64,000 nt of DNA, from contig NC_083445.1 in the NCBI RefSeq assembly GCF_020745735.1, positions 2,356,001-2,420,000 of the forward strand. Direction: 5' to 3'. This DNA is from Hemiscyllium ocellatum (taxonomy: Eukaryota). Below, piece by piece: positions 36,517-49,190 of this stretch. A program made the translations under genes and the position numbers. A model generated the notes under the pieces. It was not told the DNA's origin and did no database searches. It saw only the letters and a program-made list of their open reading frames with translations. Within the stretch, counting starts at the first letter, position 1. Every line of letters starts with the position of its first letter.

Positions 36517-38040
36517 AGTCATAGAGCATGCAAACAGACGCTTCATGCTGACCAGATAAAAATCATTTATATAAGTGACAAAAAGCAGTGGACCCAGCAT
36601 CGATCCTTGCTGCACATCACTGCACACAGACCGTTCGACTGAACAACCCTCACCGTCTCCCTCTGCCTCCTACCTCCAAACCAATTTTATATCCAAATGG
36701 CTACGTCCATCCCAATCCATGTGATCAAACCTTACTAACCAGTCTCCCATGAGGAATCTTAAAAATCACACAACACCACGTTGACAATCACCTGATGCAG
36801 GAGTGTTGCTCCGAAAGCTAGTGTGCTTCCAATTAAACCTGTTGGACTATAACCTCGTGTTGTGTGATTTTTAACTTTGTACACCCCAGTCCAACACCAG
36901 CATCTCCAAATCTTGTTGAAGTCCATAGGATTACATCCACTGCTCTGCCCTCATCAATCCTCTTTGTTACTTGTTCAGAAAACTCAGTCAGGTTAGTGAC
37001 ACGCGATGTGGACTATCCGTAATCAGTCCTTGCCTTTCCACATACATGTAAATCCAGTCCCTCAGAACCCCCTCCAATAACTTGCCCACCACTGATATCA
37101 GGCTCACTGGTCTATAGTTCATTGGCTTTTCATTACCACCTTTATTACATAGTGGCACCATGTTAGCCAACCTCCAGTCTATCGGCAACTCAACTGTGGC
37201 TATCAATGATACAAACATCTCAGTAAGGAGCCCAGCAGAGTCCTGGGATACTCCAAATCAGGTTCCAGGGACTTTAAGACATCCAGCACCATCTCCTCTG
37301 TAATATGGAGACTTTGCAAAATATAATTGTTTCTCCAAGTTCTCTAGCTTCTATATCCTTCTCCACAGTAGATACTGACATGAAACTCGTTTAGCATCTC
37401 GTATCTCCTGCATCTCCACACAAAGGCTGCCTTGCTGATCTTTGAGGGGCCCTATTCTCTCCCTAGTTACCCTTCTGTCCTTAATGTGTTTGAGGAATCC
37501 CTTTGGATTCTCCTTAACCCTATTTGCCAAAACGATCATATCCCTTTTTTGCCCTCCTGATTTCCCTTGAGTATATTCATACCACCCTTACACTCCTCCA
37601 GCGATTCACTTGATCCCATATGTCTCCAACTGACATAGGTTTCTTTCTTTTTCTTAACCAGAGCCTCAATTTCTCTAGTCATCCAGCATTCTCTACATGT
37701 ATCAACCTTACCCTTCACCCAAACAAGAATATATTGCCTCTGGACTCTTGTTATCTCATTTTTGAACCTTCCAACCATCCCATTACTTTGAATAGCCTTT
37801 CCCAATCAACCTTTGAAAGTTCCTACACCATCAAAATTAGCCTTTCTCCAATTTAGAACTTCTGCTTTTAGATCAGGTCTATCCTTTTCCATCATTATTT
37901 TAAAACTAATAGAATTATGGTCACTAATCCCAAAGTGCTCCCCCACTGACACACCTCAGTCACTTGCCCTGCCTTATTTCCCAAGAGACGGTTATGTTTT
38001 GCTCCCTCTCTAGAATAAAAAAATATTCTTGTAAACACTT
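36517..38040 (-). mobile_element. CR1 LINE segment (EN-RT linker to YIND) with a tail remnant at its left end
   Basis: ANRVKENPKGF, DWRLANMVPL, NYRPVSLISVVGKLLE, QQGSMLGPLLFVTYIND. A PLE family B insert sits at about 36760-36910. Confidence 0.88.
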
Positions 38041-38045
38041 AACAC

Positions 38046-38945
38046 ATGATTTGAATGTGAACATGGGAAGTATTTTTAGAAGTTTGCAGATGACATCAAA
38101 ATCGGAGGTGTAGTGGACAGTGAAGAAGGTTACCTCAGATTACAACAGGATCTTGATCAGATGGGCCAATGGACTGAGAAGTGGCAAATGAGGTTTAGTT
38201 TAGATAATTTAGGTGCTTTATTTTGGAAAGGCAAAACAGGGCAGGATTTATATACGTAATGGGAAGGTCCTGGGGAGTGTTGCTAAACAAAAAGACCCTG
38301 GCGTACAGGTTCATAGCTCCTTGAAAGTGCAATCACAGGTAGATAGAATAGTGAAGAAAATGTTTGGTGTGCTTTCCTTTATTGGTCAGTGCAGGAGTTG
38401 GTTAGGCCATTTTTGGAATATTGTACTGTTCAATTCTGGTCTCTCTGCTATAGGAAGGATGTTGTGAAACTTGAAAGGGTTCAGAAAAGATCGACAAGGA
38501 TTTTGCAAGATTCGGAGGATTTGAGCTACAGAGAGAGGCTGAACAGGCTGGGGCTGTTTTCCCTGGAGCGTCGAAGGCTGAGGGGTGACCTTATAGAGGT
38601 CTATAAAATGAGGGGCATGGATAGAGTAAATTGACAAGTTCTTTTCCCTGGGGTGGGGGAGTCCAAAACTAGAAGGCACAGGTTTCGAGTGAGAGGAAAA
38701 ATATAAAAGGGACCTAAGGGGCAACTTTTTCACGCAGAGGGTGTTATCTGTACATAGAATGTACTGCCAGAGGATGTGGTGGAGATTGGTACAACTGCAA
38801 CATTTAAAAGGCATCTGGATGGGTACATGAATAGGGAGGGTTTGGAGGGATATGGGCCGGGTGCTGGCAACTGGCACTAGATTAATTTAGGCTATCAGGT
38901 CAGCATGGACGAGTTGGACTGAAGGGGCTATTTCCATACAGTATG
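38046..38945 (+). mobile_element. CR1 LINE 3' segment continuing from the YIND/DL point
   Basis: KFADDIK, RLRGDLIEVYK, 3' tail. Confidence 0.9.
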
Positions 38946-39232
38946 ACCCTCCTCACCAATTCCAAATCAACCCTCACCCGTAGCCATGTGCTGTCAGGAC
39001 AATACACCCTCCAATCCCATCCTCACCCTTGCACCTTGTGTTGCACCAAAAAGTATAGTGATGTCTGAAGGAGGAGCACAGAATTGGTTTAATTTCCCTG
39101 CTCTGAGCTTAGCTGTCATTACAGCACTTCTCCTGACATCAGTCACTGCTAAAACTCAGCACGAACCAGGGATTTTCCAGCCTTAGTCACCTGTCTGAAA
39201 CCATACTTCAGCTAAACATTACTTAATTAGCC

Positions 39233-39762
39233 CGGACCAACCAACCCAACCACCCCGTGGCTCAACACTTTAACTCTCCCTCCCACTCCACCGAGGACAT
39301 GCAGGTCCTTGGACTCCTCCACCGGCAAAACATAACACGACGGCTGGAGGAGGAGCGCCTCATCTTCCGCCTGGGAACCCTCCAACCACAAGGGATGAAC
39401 TCAGATTTCTCCAGTTTCCTCATTTCCCCTCCCCCCACCTTGTCTCAGTCGGTTCCCTCAACTCAGCACCGCCCTCCTAACCTGCAATCCTCTTCCTGAC
39501 CTCTCCGCCCCCACCCCACTCCGGCCTATCACCCTCACCTTGACCTCCTTCCACCTATCACATCTCCATCGCCCCTCCTCCAAGTACCTCCTCCCTACCT
39601 TTTATCTTAGCCTGCTTGGCACACTCTCCTCATTCCTGATGAAGGGCTTATGCCCGAAACGTTGAATTTCCTATTCCTTGGATGTTGCCTAACCTGCTGT
39701 GCTTTAACCAGCAACACATTTTCAGCTGTGATCTCCAGCATCTGCAGACCTCATTTTTTACC
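39233..39762 (+). mobile_element. Penelope-like element 3' end (GIY-YIG C-terminus plus terminal repeat with HHR)
   Basis: AQHFNSPSHSTEDMQVLGLLHRQNITRRLEEERLIFRLGTLQPQGMN. Confidence 0.88.
39632..39667 (+). ncRNA. Minimal type I hammerhead ribozyme (PLE family A)
   Basis: AUUC-CUGAUGA-A-GGGC-UUAU-GCCC-GAAA-CG-UU-GAAU; stem I is AUUC/GAAU. Confidence 0.72.
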
Positions 39763-39765
39763 CGA

Positions 39766-40070
39766 AAATATCACACAACACCAGATTATAGTCCAACAGA
39801 TTTAATTGGAAGCACTAGCTTTTGGAGCATCGCTCCTTCATCAGATGGTTATGGAACAGGATCATAAGACACAGGATTTATAGCAAAAATTACATCACAC
39901 TGTAAATGTTTGCTATAAATTCTGTGTCTTACAATTGTGTCCTCCACTACCACCTGATGAAGGAGCGATGCTCCGAAAGCTAGTGCTTCCAATTAAACCT
40001 GTTGGACCATAACCTGGTGTTGGGTGATTTTTAACTTTGTCCACCCCAGTCCAACACCGGCTCCTCCAAA
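39766..40070. mobile_element. About 310-bp palindromic family B HHR element (copy 1)
   Basis: Inverted arms. Intact HHR at 39951-39985 (+); G12A core at about 39812-39847 (-). Confidence 0.85.
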
Positions 40071-40654
40071 TTGTCATTTAATTCAGGTATGTCAAAGAGA
40101 GAACCTGTGGATGTGCAAGATTCGAAAGCAATGTGTATCTGTGAACTTATGCTGCCATTTCAGCTGGTCAGCAACAGAACTCCTGTGAAAGGTGATGGCT
40201 TCAAATATTTCAATTCATACATTTAATACACAAATTGTTAAGATCAAACTGGTGGGAGATGTAAGACATGATCAGAAATAGAATATGTTGAGATTTTACA
40301 TGACATAAAAAGATGTTTTAACAAACATATCATGTCACTTGGTAATCTACAGCTAGCTTGTTAAGCAGACACTACAGGATATGTAACATCTTTCCTGACT
40401 TCAGATAAGCAGCTGACTCCCAATTACAGCTTCTGTTTCACAGTACTGTAAAAATAAGGGGTATATCGCCATTGTTCGGGATCTCAGGCTGCACCTGCTC
40501 ATTGTTCCTGTTCCAGCTGTACTGGGGTTCAGTGAGTAACCATATTACCAGACTGTGGAAAAGCCCCATTGGGAGCTCTGTCGATGCTAGGGAAGGTCAT
40601 AGTTCTGAGCACAGTGACCCCCATATCAGAAACTAAGTCACTTCAGTCTTCAGA

Positions 40655-41280
40655 GGGAGAAAGTGAGGACTGCAGCTGCTGGAGATCAGAGACGAGAATA
40701 TGGTGCTGGAAAAGCCCAACAGGTTAGGCAGCATATGAGGAGCAGGAGAATCAATGTTTCAGGCATAAGCCCTTCATCAGGGATGAAGCTTGTGGGCCAG
40801 GAAGGCCGAGAGATAAGTGGGAGGGGGAAGGTAGCTGAGAAAGTGATGGGTAGTTGAAGTTGAGAGAGAAGGTGATAGGTCTGGGGGGGGGGGGTGGAAT
40901 GGATAAGTGGGAAAGGTGATGGACAGGTCAGGAGGGCGGTGTTGAGTTGGAGGCTTGGGACTGGGATAATGTGGGAGGGAGGGGAAATGAGGAAACTGGT
41001 GAAATCCACATTGATCCAGTGTGGTTGCAGGTCCCAAAGCAGAATATTAGGCACTCTTCCTCCAGGCGTTGGGTGGTAAGGGTTTGGCGATGGAGGAGGC
41101 TCAGGACCTGCATGTCCTTGGTGGAGTGGGAGGGGGAGTTGAAGTGTTCAGCCATGGGCCAGTAGGTTCATTTGGTGTGAGTGCCCCAGAGATGTTCTCT
41201 GAAATGCTCTGCAAGTAGGCATCCTGTCTCCCCAGTGTAGAGGTGACCACATCGGGTGCAACAGATACAGTAGATGACAA
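40655..41280 (-). mobile_element. Penelope-like element 3' end (GIY-YIG region plus family A terminal repeat)
   Basis: MAEHFNSPSHSTKDMQVLSLLHRQ; upstream GIY-YIG-like VIYCIC...YTGET motif; degenerate HHR at about 40749-40784. Confidence 0.85.
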
Positions 41281-41864
41281 TTCAATTTTCCCTCAGTCTT
41301 TGATGGTTTGGTGCTCTGTCATAGATAAGTTGTGGATTCCCTAAGAGAGACCTTCTCTGTGACTGATGTGGAACAATAGAGTATCTGACATGGTCAGTAT
41401 CTCAGCTCATCCTGTTCTGGCACCACCTGAGGTTCATACATTCACAAATACACAGACCGTCCATCTTGGAGCACCTCTGTAATCACGAGGAACATCTGGC
41501 TGATGTTCCTCACTCTAGCTCTTTCAGCTTAACTGTGCAATTCCTGCCAGAAACAATGGTGACCCTAGCTGGAATATGTTATCTGGGAAACCTGTTTCCT
41601 GGGGCAGTTTTTGTCACTGCTGGCTTATCTTCCTCTCTGGCTGTCACAGCAGAGGGAGGAGTCAGCGCCCATGACTAGCTCAGCTCAAGGCAGTGGTTGT
41701 GGCAAGGGTGGGGTGGGGGAAGAAAACAGGTGGAGAGGGTGGAATCAACTAATCACCAACACCCCCATCCCCCCAACAACACTTTCTGACCTGAACTGAC
41801 ACAGTGGGACGGACACCCCTCAGTGTGTAGGTAGGGATCTGGTTACCTGGTGTGATTTTACCTG

Positions 41865-41957
41865 GGCTGAAAATGTGTTGCTGGAAAAGCGCAGCAGGTC
41901 AGGCAGCATCCAAGGAACAGGAAATTCGACGTTTCGGGCATAAGCCCTTCATCAGGA
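41865..41957 (-). mobile_element. Solo family A terminal repeat with intact HHR core (41924-41955)
   Basis: CUGAUGA-A-GGGC-UUAU-GCCC-GAAA-CG-UC-GAAU; stem I truncated to 2 bp. Confidence 0.8.
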
Positions 41958-43343
41958 GGCCCCAGCCTCCCTGCAGAGAGAGCTACTATCTGGGGCAGCC
42001 CGTGATATACACTGAGGAGAATACTGGATAATCTCTTTGTTTGATTAGACCTTCATATTAATTATTGTATCGAAGGCAGCTCCTCACATTGTGTTTGGAG
42101 GTTGGTTACTGATCCAGCATCACCATCACATCGGTCACACTCGCCCAGATCAGCTCCTGTCGAACGTATCCAGAAAACAATGATGGAAAGACTGGGCTGG
42201 TCTGGCAGCATTTATGTAGTAAAACAGTGTTAATATTTCAGGTCAGTGGCCTATTCTCAGAACCAGGAACGGTTAATAATATAATAGCTGTCGGATGGCA
42301 GGGATGTGGAGAAAGGACAGAAGGAAACGTTGGTGATTTGGGTAGAAGATGGGAGACACTTGGTAACAGAGGAGCTGATGGTGTTGAGCTGGAGGGAATG
42401 GGAAAGAAACTGAAAGTGTGTCCAGAGGAGGGGTGAATGGCAGAGTGATGGATACCTGCAATCTCAGTGCAAAAATATGTTTAAAATTGAAACGTAGAGA
42501 AAGGAAACAAAACAGGGACAAGGATTCTGGAGCTAATTGTTAACCTCTCAGTATTGAGTCCACAAGGTAGTAGAGTACTGAATGGGAACAGGAACTGCTC
42601 TTCCCTCAGCCTCACTGGCAACATGTAGGAGGCGAAGGACAGAGATGTTAAAGGACAGAAGACCGGAGAGGTCATGCTCATGGTGACGTTCAATAAACAG
42701 AGGCGTTCTGCAAAGCTGCCTCACCCAATCTGAATATGGTCTCCCCACCAAGAGACGAGTACATTGTCAGCACATGACAGCCTTCTGGTCTCAACACTGA
42801 GTTCAGGAGGAATCAAATCAGCATGTCTGCAAATGGTTTATAGTGTTCAGCATTAACCCTAAACCAGTATCTGACCAATCATACTGATCACACAACAACT
42901 TGTCAATGTCGTTTTGAAATTACACGCTATCCTGCTCTTCCTCTGTTTGTAATGCTTTCAAGTTTTCATCATCAGTACACCAAGATTCAGATCATTTATA
43001 AAACTGAGGAAAAGCAGGAGTGCCAGGACCGACCGCTGGGAAGCTTGATGACAATCCTTACTCCAGCCTGAATAGTACTCATGAACCATTACTGTTTCCT
43101 GTCACTCAGCCAAGTTTGTGCCCTATGGTTACTTACACATTGCAATCTCAGTCCCTTCGGCCCATCAACAATCATTCTTTTCTCTTTGAATCTCTCCTGC
43201 CTTCTGTCTTTTCACACATCTTGCTTTTTCTCCACCCTCCACCCCACCCCATTTCAGAAACATTCCCAGTTTTGATGGAAGATTATGGCTTGGGACATTA
43301 ATCCTGTTTCTCTGTCTGACCCTTTCTGGTTATATTTCGGATT

Positions 43344-43885
43344 GTTGTGGTTCTGTTCACCGAGCTGGGAATTTGTGTTGCAGACGTTTCGTCCCCTATC
43401 TAGGTGACATCCTCAGTGTTGGGAGCCTCCTGTGAAGCGCTTCTGTGATCGTTCCTCCAGCATTTGTAGTGGTTTGTCTCTGCCGCTTCCAGTTGACAGT
43501 TCCAACTGTCCGCTGCAGTGGCCGGTATATTGGGTCCAGGTCGATGTGCTTATTGATTGAATCTGTGGATGAGTGCCATGCCTCTAGGAATTCCCTGGCT
43601 GTTCCCTGTTTGGCTTGTCCTATAATAGTAGTATCAATAAGCACATCGACCCGGACCCAATATACCGGCCACTGCAGCGGACAGCTGGAACTGACAACCG
43701 GAAGCGGCAGAGACAAACCACTATAAATGCCGGAGGATTGATCACAGAAGCGCTTCACAGGAGGCTCCCAAGCACTGAGGATGTCACCTAGACAGGGGAC
43801 GAAACGTCTGCAACACAAATTCCCAGCTCGGCGAATAGAACCACAACAACGAGCACCCGAGCTACAAATCTTCTCACAAACTTTG
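43344..43885. mobile_element. Inverted PLE (family C, Poseidon-like) dimer with two intact HHR cores; 12-bp TSD
   Basis: IIGQAKQGTAREFLEAWHSSTDSINKHIDLDPIYRPL (GIY-YIG C-terminus). HHRs at 43380-43419 (-) and 43772-43811 (+). TSD ATATTTC(G/A)GATT at 43332-43343 and 43886-43897. Confidence 0.88.
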
Positions 43886-44703
43886 ATATTTCAGATTTCC
43901 AGTGTGCACAGTATTTTATCATTGGTCATGAAAAGTTTCACCTTTCTGTAGCCATCAGACTCTGTGACTGTGAACTCATTTGTTTTGTGCTGACAAAAAC
44001 ATTTGGGGCCTTAGTCAGTTTCTAACCTGTGTCAGGTAGTGCTACAGTGGATTCAGATTCAGTGACTGTCCTCTGCACAATTCCAGTCAGTTAAATCACG
44101 AATCTTCAGTGCACATCATGGTTTTCTCACTGCCTGCACACTTTCTGCTGGATCCCTGTACCGTTTCCAGGGCAACAGAGTGATACCTGCCTACTTCACC
44201 TCCCCACACCCCTCCAACCACAACCAGCACTGACCTGGACCAGCTCCTGAGCAGAGCTGAGGTTGGTGAATCTCATCACAGCTCACATAAAAAAGAAAAT
44301 GGAAATTCCACAACAAGACACAGTAAAGGTTCCCCAGAGAGGGCCGCAGTGTAAGTCACCATTTCACCAGTGTGATTTCACACCGGGTTTTGTGTTGTGA
44401 AACTACCACACTGACATGAGTCAGGATGTTCCAAACCCACCTCATGTACCAGACTGAGGCACGGATGCCAACAAGAGGCATTGACTTGCTCACAGGGCTA
44501 GGAGGACAATGTGCTACACCACTGTGCTCCTCAGACATTGAAGCTTTTCGCAATTGAGCTGTTTCCTGTTGCTGAACAGTAATTGAAATATTTAAACACA
44601 ATCATCAACATGGAGATTACACACAGAGGTTACAATGTCCAGGATATTACAAAATTCCAAACGAAAGTCCTTGCCAGACACAGAGGGAAGGAGCAGAGAT
44701 TTT

Positions 44704-45006
44704 CTAGAAAGTCTTCAGATTAGTTGCAGTGTAGAAGAGATTGATTCCATTGCAGATAACACAGATCAGGTTACACACCATGGACAGGACGTGGTATTTC
44801 ACAAATCTCCGGCTCAGTCTCATGTATTTCGGGTCCTTCTTCTTCAACCTTTTATAGGGCTCTCGGTTCGTCCCAAACCCAATCTCCTGCCCCAAGTGAT
44901 GTTCCTTCTCAATCTCGTGCATCTTAAACATAATCTCTGACGTTGTCTGACCGAACCACTGGGCATTGAGTGCAGAGAAGATCACACAGACAAAAAACGA
45001 TGTTAT
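44704..45006 (-). CDS. TMEM205: TMEM205 last exon
   Basis: ttttctcacag| then ITSFF...NAQWFGQTT...EKEHHLGQE...PYKRLKKKDPKY...FVKYHVLSMVCNL...*. Confidence 0.95.
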   Translation of the reverse strand: MTSFFVCVIFSALNAQWFGQTTSEIMFKMHEIEKEHHLGQEIGFGTNREPYKRLKKKDPKYMRLSRRFVKYHVLSMVCNLICVICNGINLFYTATNLKTF

Positions 45007-45201
45007 CTGTGAGAAAACAGGAATGGTTGGGAGTGAAATGAATTCCACCAGTTTTCCCTGAGCCCCCACATCTCCTGCAGAAGACAGTGTGGACTCTCCT
45101 CCCACCCCACCCTCGGATCAGTCACATACCCACAAGGGGGTTAATGAAAAGGGGGTGCATCTCTGTAGCACCCTGCTGAGATTGGGAACTACAGCAGGGA
45201 G

Positions 45202-45412
45202 TAAAAAGTGAGGTCTGCAGATGCTGGAGATCAGAGCTGAAAATGTGTTGCTGGTTAAAGCACAGCAGGTTAGGTAGCATCCAAGGAACAGGAAATTCGA
45301 CGTTTCGGGCCAGAGCCCTTCATCAGGATGAAGGGCTCTGGCCCGAAACATCGAATTTCCTGTTCCTTGGATGCTGCCTAACCTGCTGTGCTTTAACCAG
45401 CAACACATCTTC
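45202..45412. mobile_element. Young palindromic family A dimer in the TMEM205 last intron; perfect 15-bp TSD
   Basis: About 84-bp near-perfect arms around 45325-45326. AACTACAGCAGGGAG at 45187-45201 and 45413-45427. Confidence 0.92.
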
Positions 45413-45859
45413 AACTACAGCAGGGAGACAGGCCCTTCACCCCAAATTGGTCCATGCTGACCAAAATGTCCATCCACACTAACCCCTTCGCCCAGATCCT
45501 TCTAAACCTTTCCTAACCGTGTATTTGTATTGACCAGTGATCCTTCTCCTGCTTTCATCTAAACATTAGAACCTGCAGCAAAGCACATGAATTAACTGCA
45601 CCTTCACTGTAATGGTACCTACTGAGAATGTACATGAAGAACTCCATCAATACCTGAATCATGTGAAGGAGAATGAAAAGTCTGCATGGCCTGGCATCTC
45701 GTTTTGAAATTCTGGTTATATAGGAGCAGGCAAGGTGAGAAACCTGGGGCAGGCAGAGATACAGCCAGATTCCTCGGAACTGACTGGATAATCCCTGGGT
45801 CCTAATGGATTTCATCCTAAGGTCTTAGTTTGTTAAAGAGATAGCACGCCTTGGTGTTC

Positions 45860-47230
45860 ATTTGTTAAAAACAATCCCTAGATTCAGGAAAGCAGACTAG
45901 AAAGGAGCAACGTAACCTCGCTACTCAAGAAGGGAGGGAGGAAGACAGGAAAAAATAGTTCAGTTATCTTAATTTCTGTCAAGGGGAAGGCGTTGGATTC
46001 ATTATTAAAGAAATTAGAACTGGGCACTTAGAGAAACTCAAGGTAATCATGAAAGGTCAGCAGGGTTTATCAAAGGGGAATCATATTTGAGCAATTTATT
46101 GAAGTTCTTTGAAGGAATACCATGTGCTGTGGATAAAGGGATCCTGTAGACAGGCTGGAGTTGAATTTCCAGAAAGTATTTGAAAAGGTGCCACATCAAA
46201 GGCTGGGGGGTATCATTGTTTTGGGATAACACTTTAACTTTTGGCTGGCTGATAGAAAGCAGAGAGATATTTGTCGGATGTGAGATGTGGAGTCCTACAC
46301 AGATCTGTGCTGTGGCCTCAATGTTTTCCAATTCCCATCAATGTGTCAGACGAGGGGAGTGACAGTACAGTGGCTGCATTTACAGACGACCCTAAGAAGG
46401 TTGTAAAGGTGACTTGAGGATGTTGCAGATAGATAGAGTTGAGTTGAATAAATGGGCAAACATTGGAATATCATGTTGGAAAATGTGAAGTTGTTCACTT
46501 TAATAAGAAGTGTAAAAAAAGCAGGATATGACTTAACTGGAGGATGACTGAAATTCTGAGGGAGAGAAGGGTTTAGGTGTTCTACAGCAGTAAACACTGG
46601 AGGTTAAGACCCAGGTAAAGCACACAATCATGAAGGCTAATGGGACGCCCTCCTTTATTACCAAAGGAATCAAACATTAAGAATGTTACACTTCAGTTAT
46701 ACAGGACGTTGCTGAGCCCACATCTCCAACACTGTGTCCAGTTTTGGTCTCCTCATTTAAGGAAGGATGTTAAATGATCAGAAGTGGTTCAGGGGAGGTT
46801 TACGAGATTGATACCTGGAGTGAGTGGGTTGTCTTATGAGGAAAGTTTGGACATGCTGGGATTGTTTCCACCAGAGGTCAGAAGCCTGGGGGATGACTGG
46901 ATTGAAGTGTATAAGATCCGGGACATGGAAAGGTCAGTCCACAACTAGGAGACATTGTTTTAAAATTAGGGTCAACCTTTTCGGGGCACAGATAAGGAGA
47001 ATTTGTTTTTCTTTTAGAGGGTTGTAAAACTTTGGAACTCTTTACCTCAGAAGACAGTGGGTTCAGGAGCACTAAAGTATTCCTAAGGTAAGGTAAATAG
47101 ATTCTCTCGCTGAGCAGAATCTAAGGTAAATGAGAATTTGGAAGTTGAAACACCACAAAATGAGCCATGAATATCTTGAATAGTGCAGCAGGCACGAGGT
47201 GCAAACTGGCCTCCTGCAGCTCCTCTCTCA
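45860..47230 (+). mobile_element. Old CR1/L2-like LINE remnant
   Basis: Degenerate RT motifs and a CR1-like 3' region. Boundaries approximate. Confidence 0.65.
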
Positions 47231-47700
47231 TATGCTCTAACTTCTTGTCTGTTTCTCATAGAATTATTCTTACACCTTAATTTAACATATTATGTTGACT
47301 TCACTGTTTAAGTTAGCGAACTACAGAGTATGCTCCTGCACTCTGACCTCTCTGTGTTAAGTTTAGCTGATTCGCAGGAATGAGGGTGAACAAAGTAACT
47401 GATCTCAACATCTGGACTGGGGCTTGGTGGGACAATCGTTTGGGAATCTCTCTCCAGGTTACTATCCAGTAATTCCTGCCAGGGTGTGAGTGGGGAATAA
47501 TAAAGGAAGGTTGTATCTGTCAAGTGTTGGGCAATTAACTGAGACGTAAGAACAGAGGAGAAATCATGGACAGAATCTTGGGTAACAAGAGTCCAAGTGT
47601 TCAGTAGAGCAGGAAACTAAAGCAACTACCTCTTTTTGTATGTGGTTTCTGAGTCACTGTATCTTATCTCGATAGCAGCTGTACGTTGTCTCTCAGTTAC

Positions 47701-47864
47701 CTGAACAGTTTCATCATTGTTGAGTAACTCATGTGGGTGATATAAGGCATAAAGAGCCAAGTTGAGAAATGAACCTCCGAGGACAGAGTACAGGTAGTAA
47801 GGAAACAGGCTGCTTTGAACCAAGCCAAACGTATGTCTGCTAACACGGTTAATCAGAACAAATC
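47701..47864 (-). CDS. TMEM205: TMEM205 middle coding exon
   Basis: ctccgcag| then (G)FVLINRVSRHTFGLVQSSLFPYY...ETVQ |gtaac; 164 nt, phase 1/0. Confidence 0.95.
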
Positions 47865-48155
47865 CTGCGGAGAAAGAACAGATTTCAAACCTTTAAACTC
47901 TGACCTTACCTCATGTAAAAAAATTACAATTTCAAATTCCCAAATGCAAGACTGAGAACTGATTCAGCAAAATCTTCCTAACATGTAGCAGTGATGTGGA
48001 GGTGAGAATCTTTACAGTAACAGACTGCATGAGGAAGGTGGTGGGGGTTGGGGTGGCTAGTATTTTTTTCAGCAGGCCACATTGCCTTCATTGGCCACCA
48101 TTATCTTGTGGCTCTCCCCCATTCCTCTTCCCTTGCAAACTCCTGGCCCACACTT

Positions 48156-49190
48156 GCTGGTGCACACCCCAATGCAGCTGAGACCAGGCGATGCTGGTGC
48201 ACACCCCAATGCAGCTGAGACCAGGCGATGCTGGTGTACACCCCAATGCAGCTGAGACCAGGCGATGCTGGTGCACACCCCAATGCAGCTGAGACCAGGC
48301 GATGCTGGTGTACACCCCAATGCAGCTGAGACCAGGCGATACGGTGTACACCCCAATGCAGCTGAGACCAGGCGATGCTGGTGCACACCCCAATGCAGCT
48401 GAGACCAGGCGATGCTGGTGTACACCCCAATGCAGCTGAGACCAGGCGATACGGTGTACACCCCAATGCAGCTGAGACCAGGCGATGCTGGTGTACACCC
48501 CAATGCAGCTGAGACCAGGCGATGCTGGTGTATACCCCAATGCAGCTGAGACCAGGCGATGCTGGTGTATACCCCAATGCAGCTGAGACCAGGCGATGCT
48601 GGTGTTCACCCCAATGCAGCTGAGACCAGGAGATGCTGGTGCACACCCCAATGCAGCTGAGACCAGGCGATGCTGGTGTACACCCCAATGCAGCTGAGAC
48701 CAGGCGATGCTGGTGTACACCCCAATGCAGCTGAGACCAGGTGATGCTGGTATATACCCCAATGCAGCTGAGACCAGGCGATGCGGTGTACACCCCAATG
48801 CAGCTGAGACCAGGTGATGTGGTGTACACCCCAAAGTAGCTGAGACCAGGCGATGCTGGTGCACACCCCAATGCAGCTGAGACCAGGCGATGCTGGTGTA
48901 TACCCCAATGCAGCTGAGACCAGGTGATGCTGCTGTATACCCCAATGCAGCTGAGACCAGGCGATGCTGGTGTTCACCCCAATGCAGCTGAGACCAGGCG
49001 ATGCTGGTGTACACCCCAATGCAGCTGAGACCAGGCGATGCTGGTGTATACCCCAATGCAGCTGAGACCAGGCGATGCTGGTGTATACCCCAATGCAGCT
49101 GAGACCAGGCGATGCTGGTGTACACCCCAATGCAGCTGAGACCAGGTGATGCTGGTGTACACCCCAATGCAGCTGAGACCAGGCGATGCT
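48156..49190. repeat. 37-bp minisatellite GATGCTGGTGTACACCCCAATGCAGCTGAGACCAGGC (about 28 copies) in a TMEM205 intron
   Basis: Direct. Confidence 0.97.
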
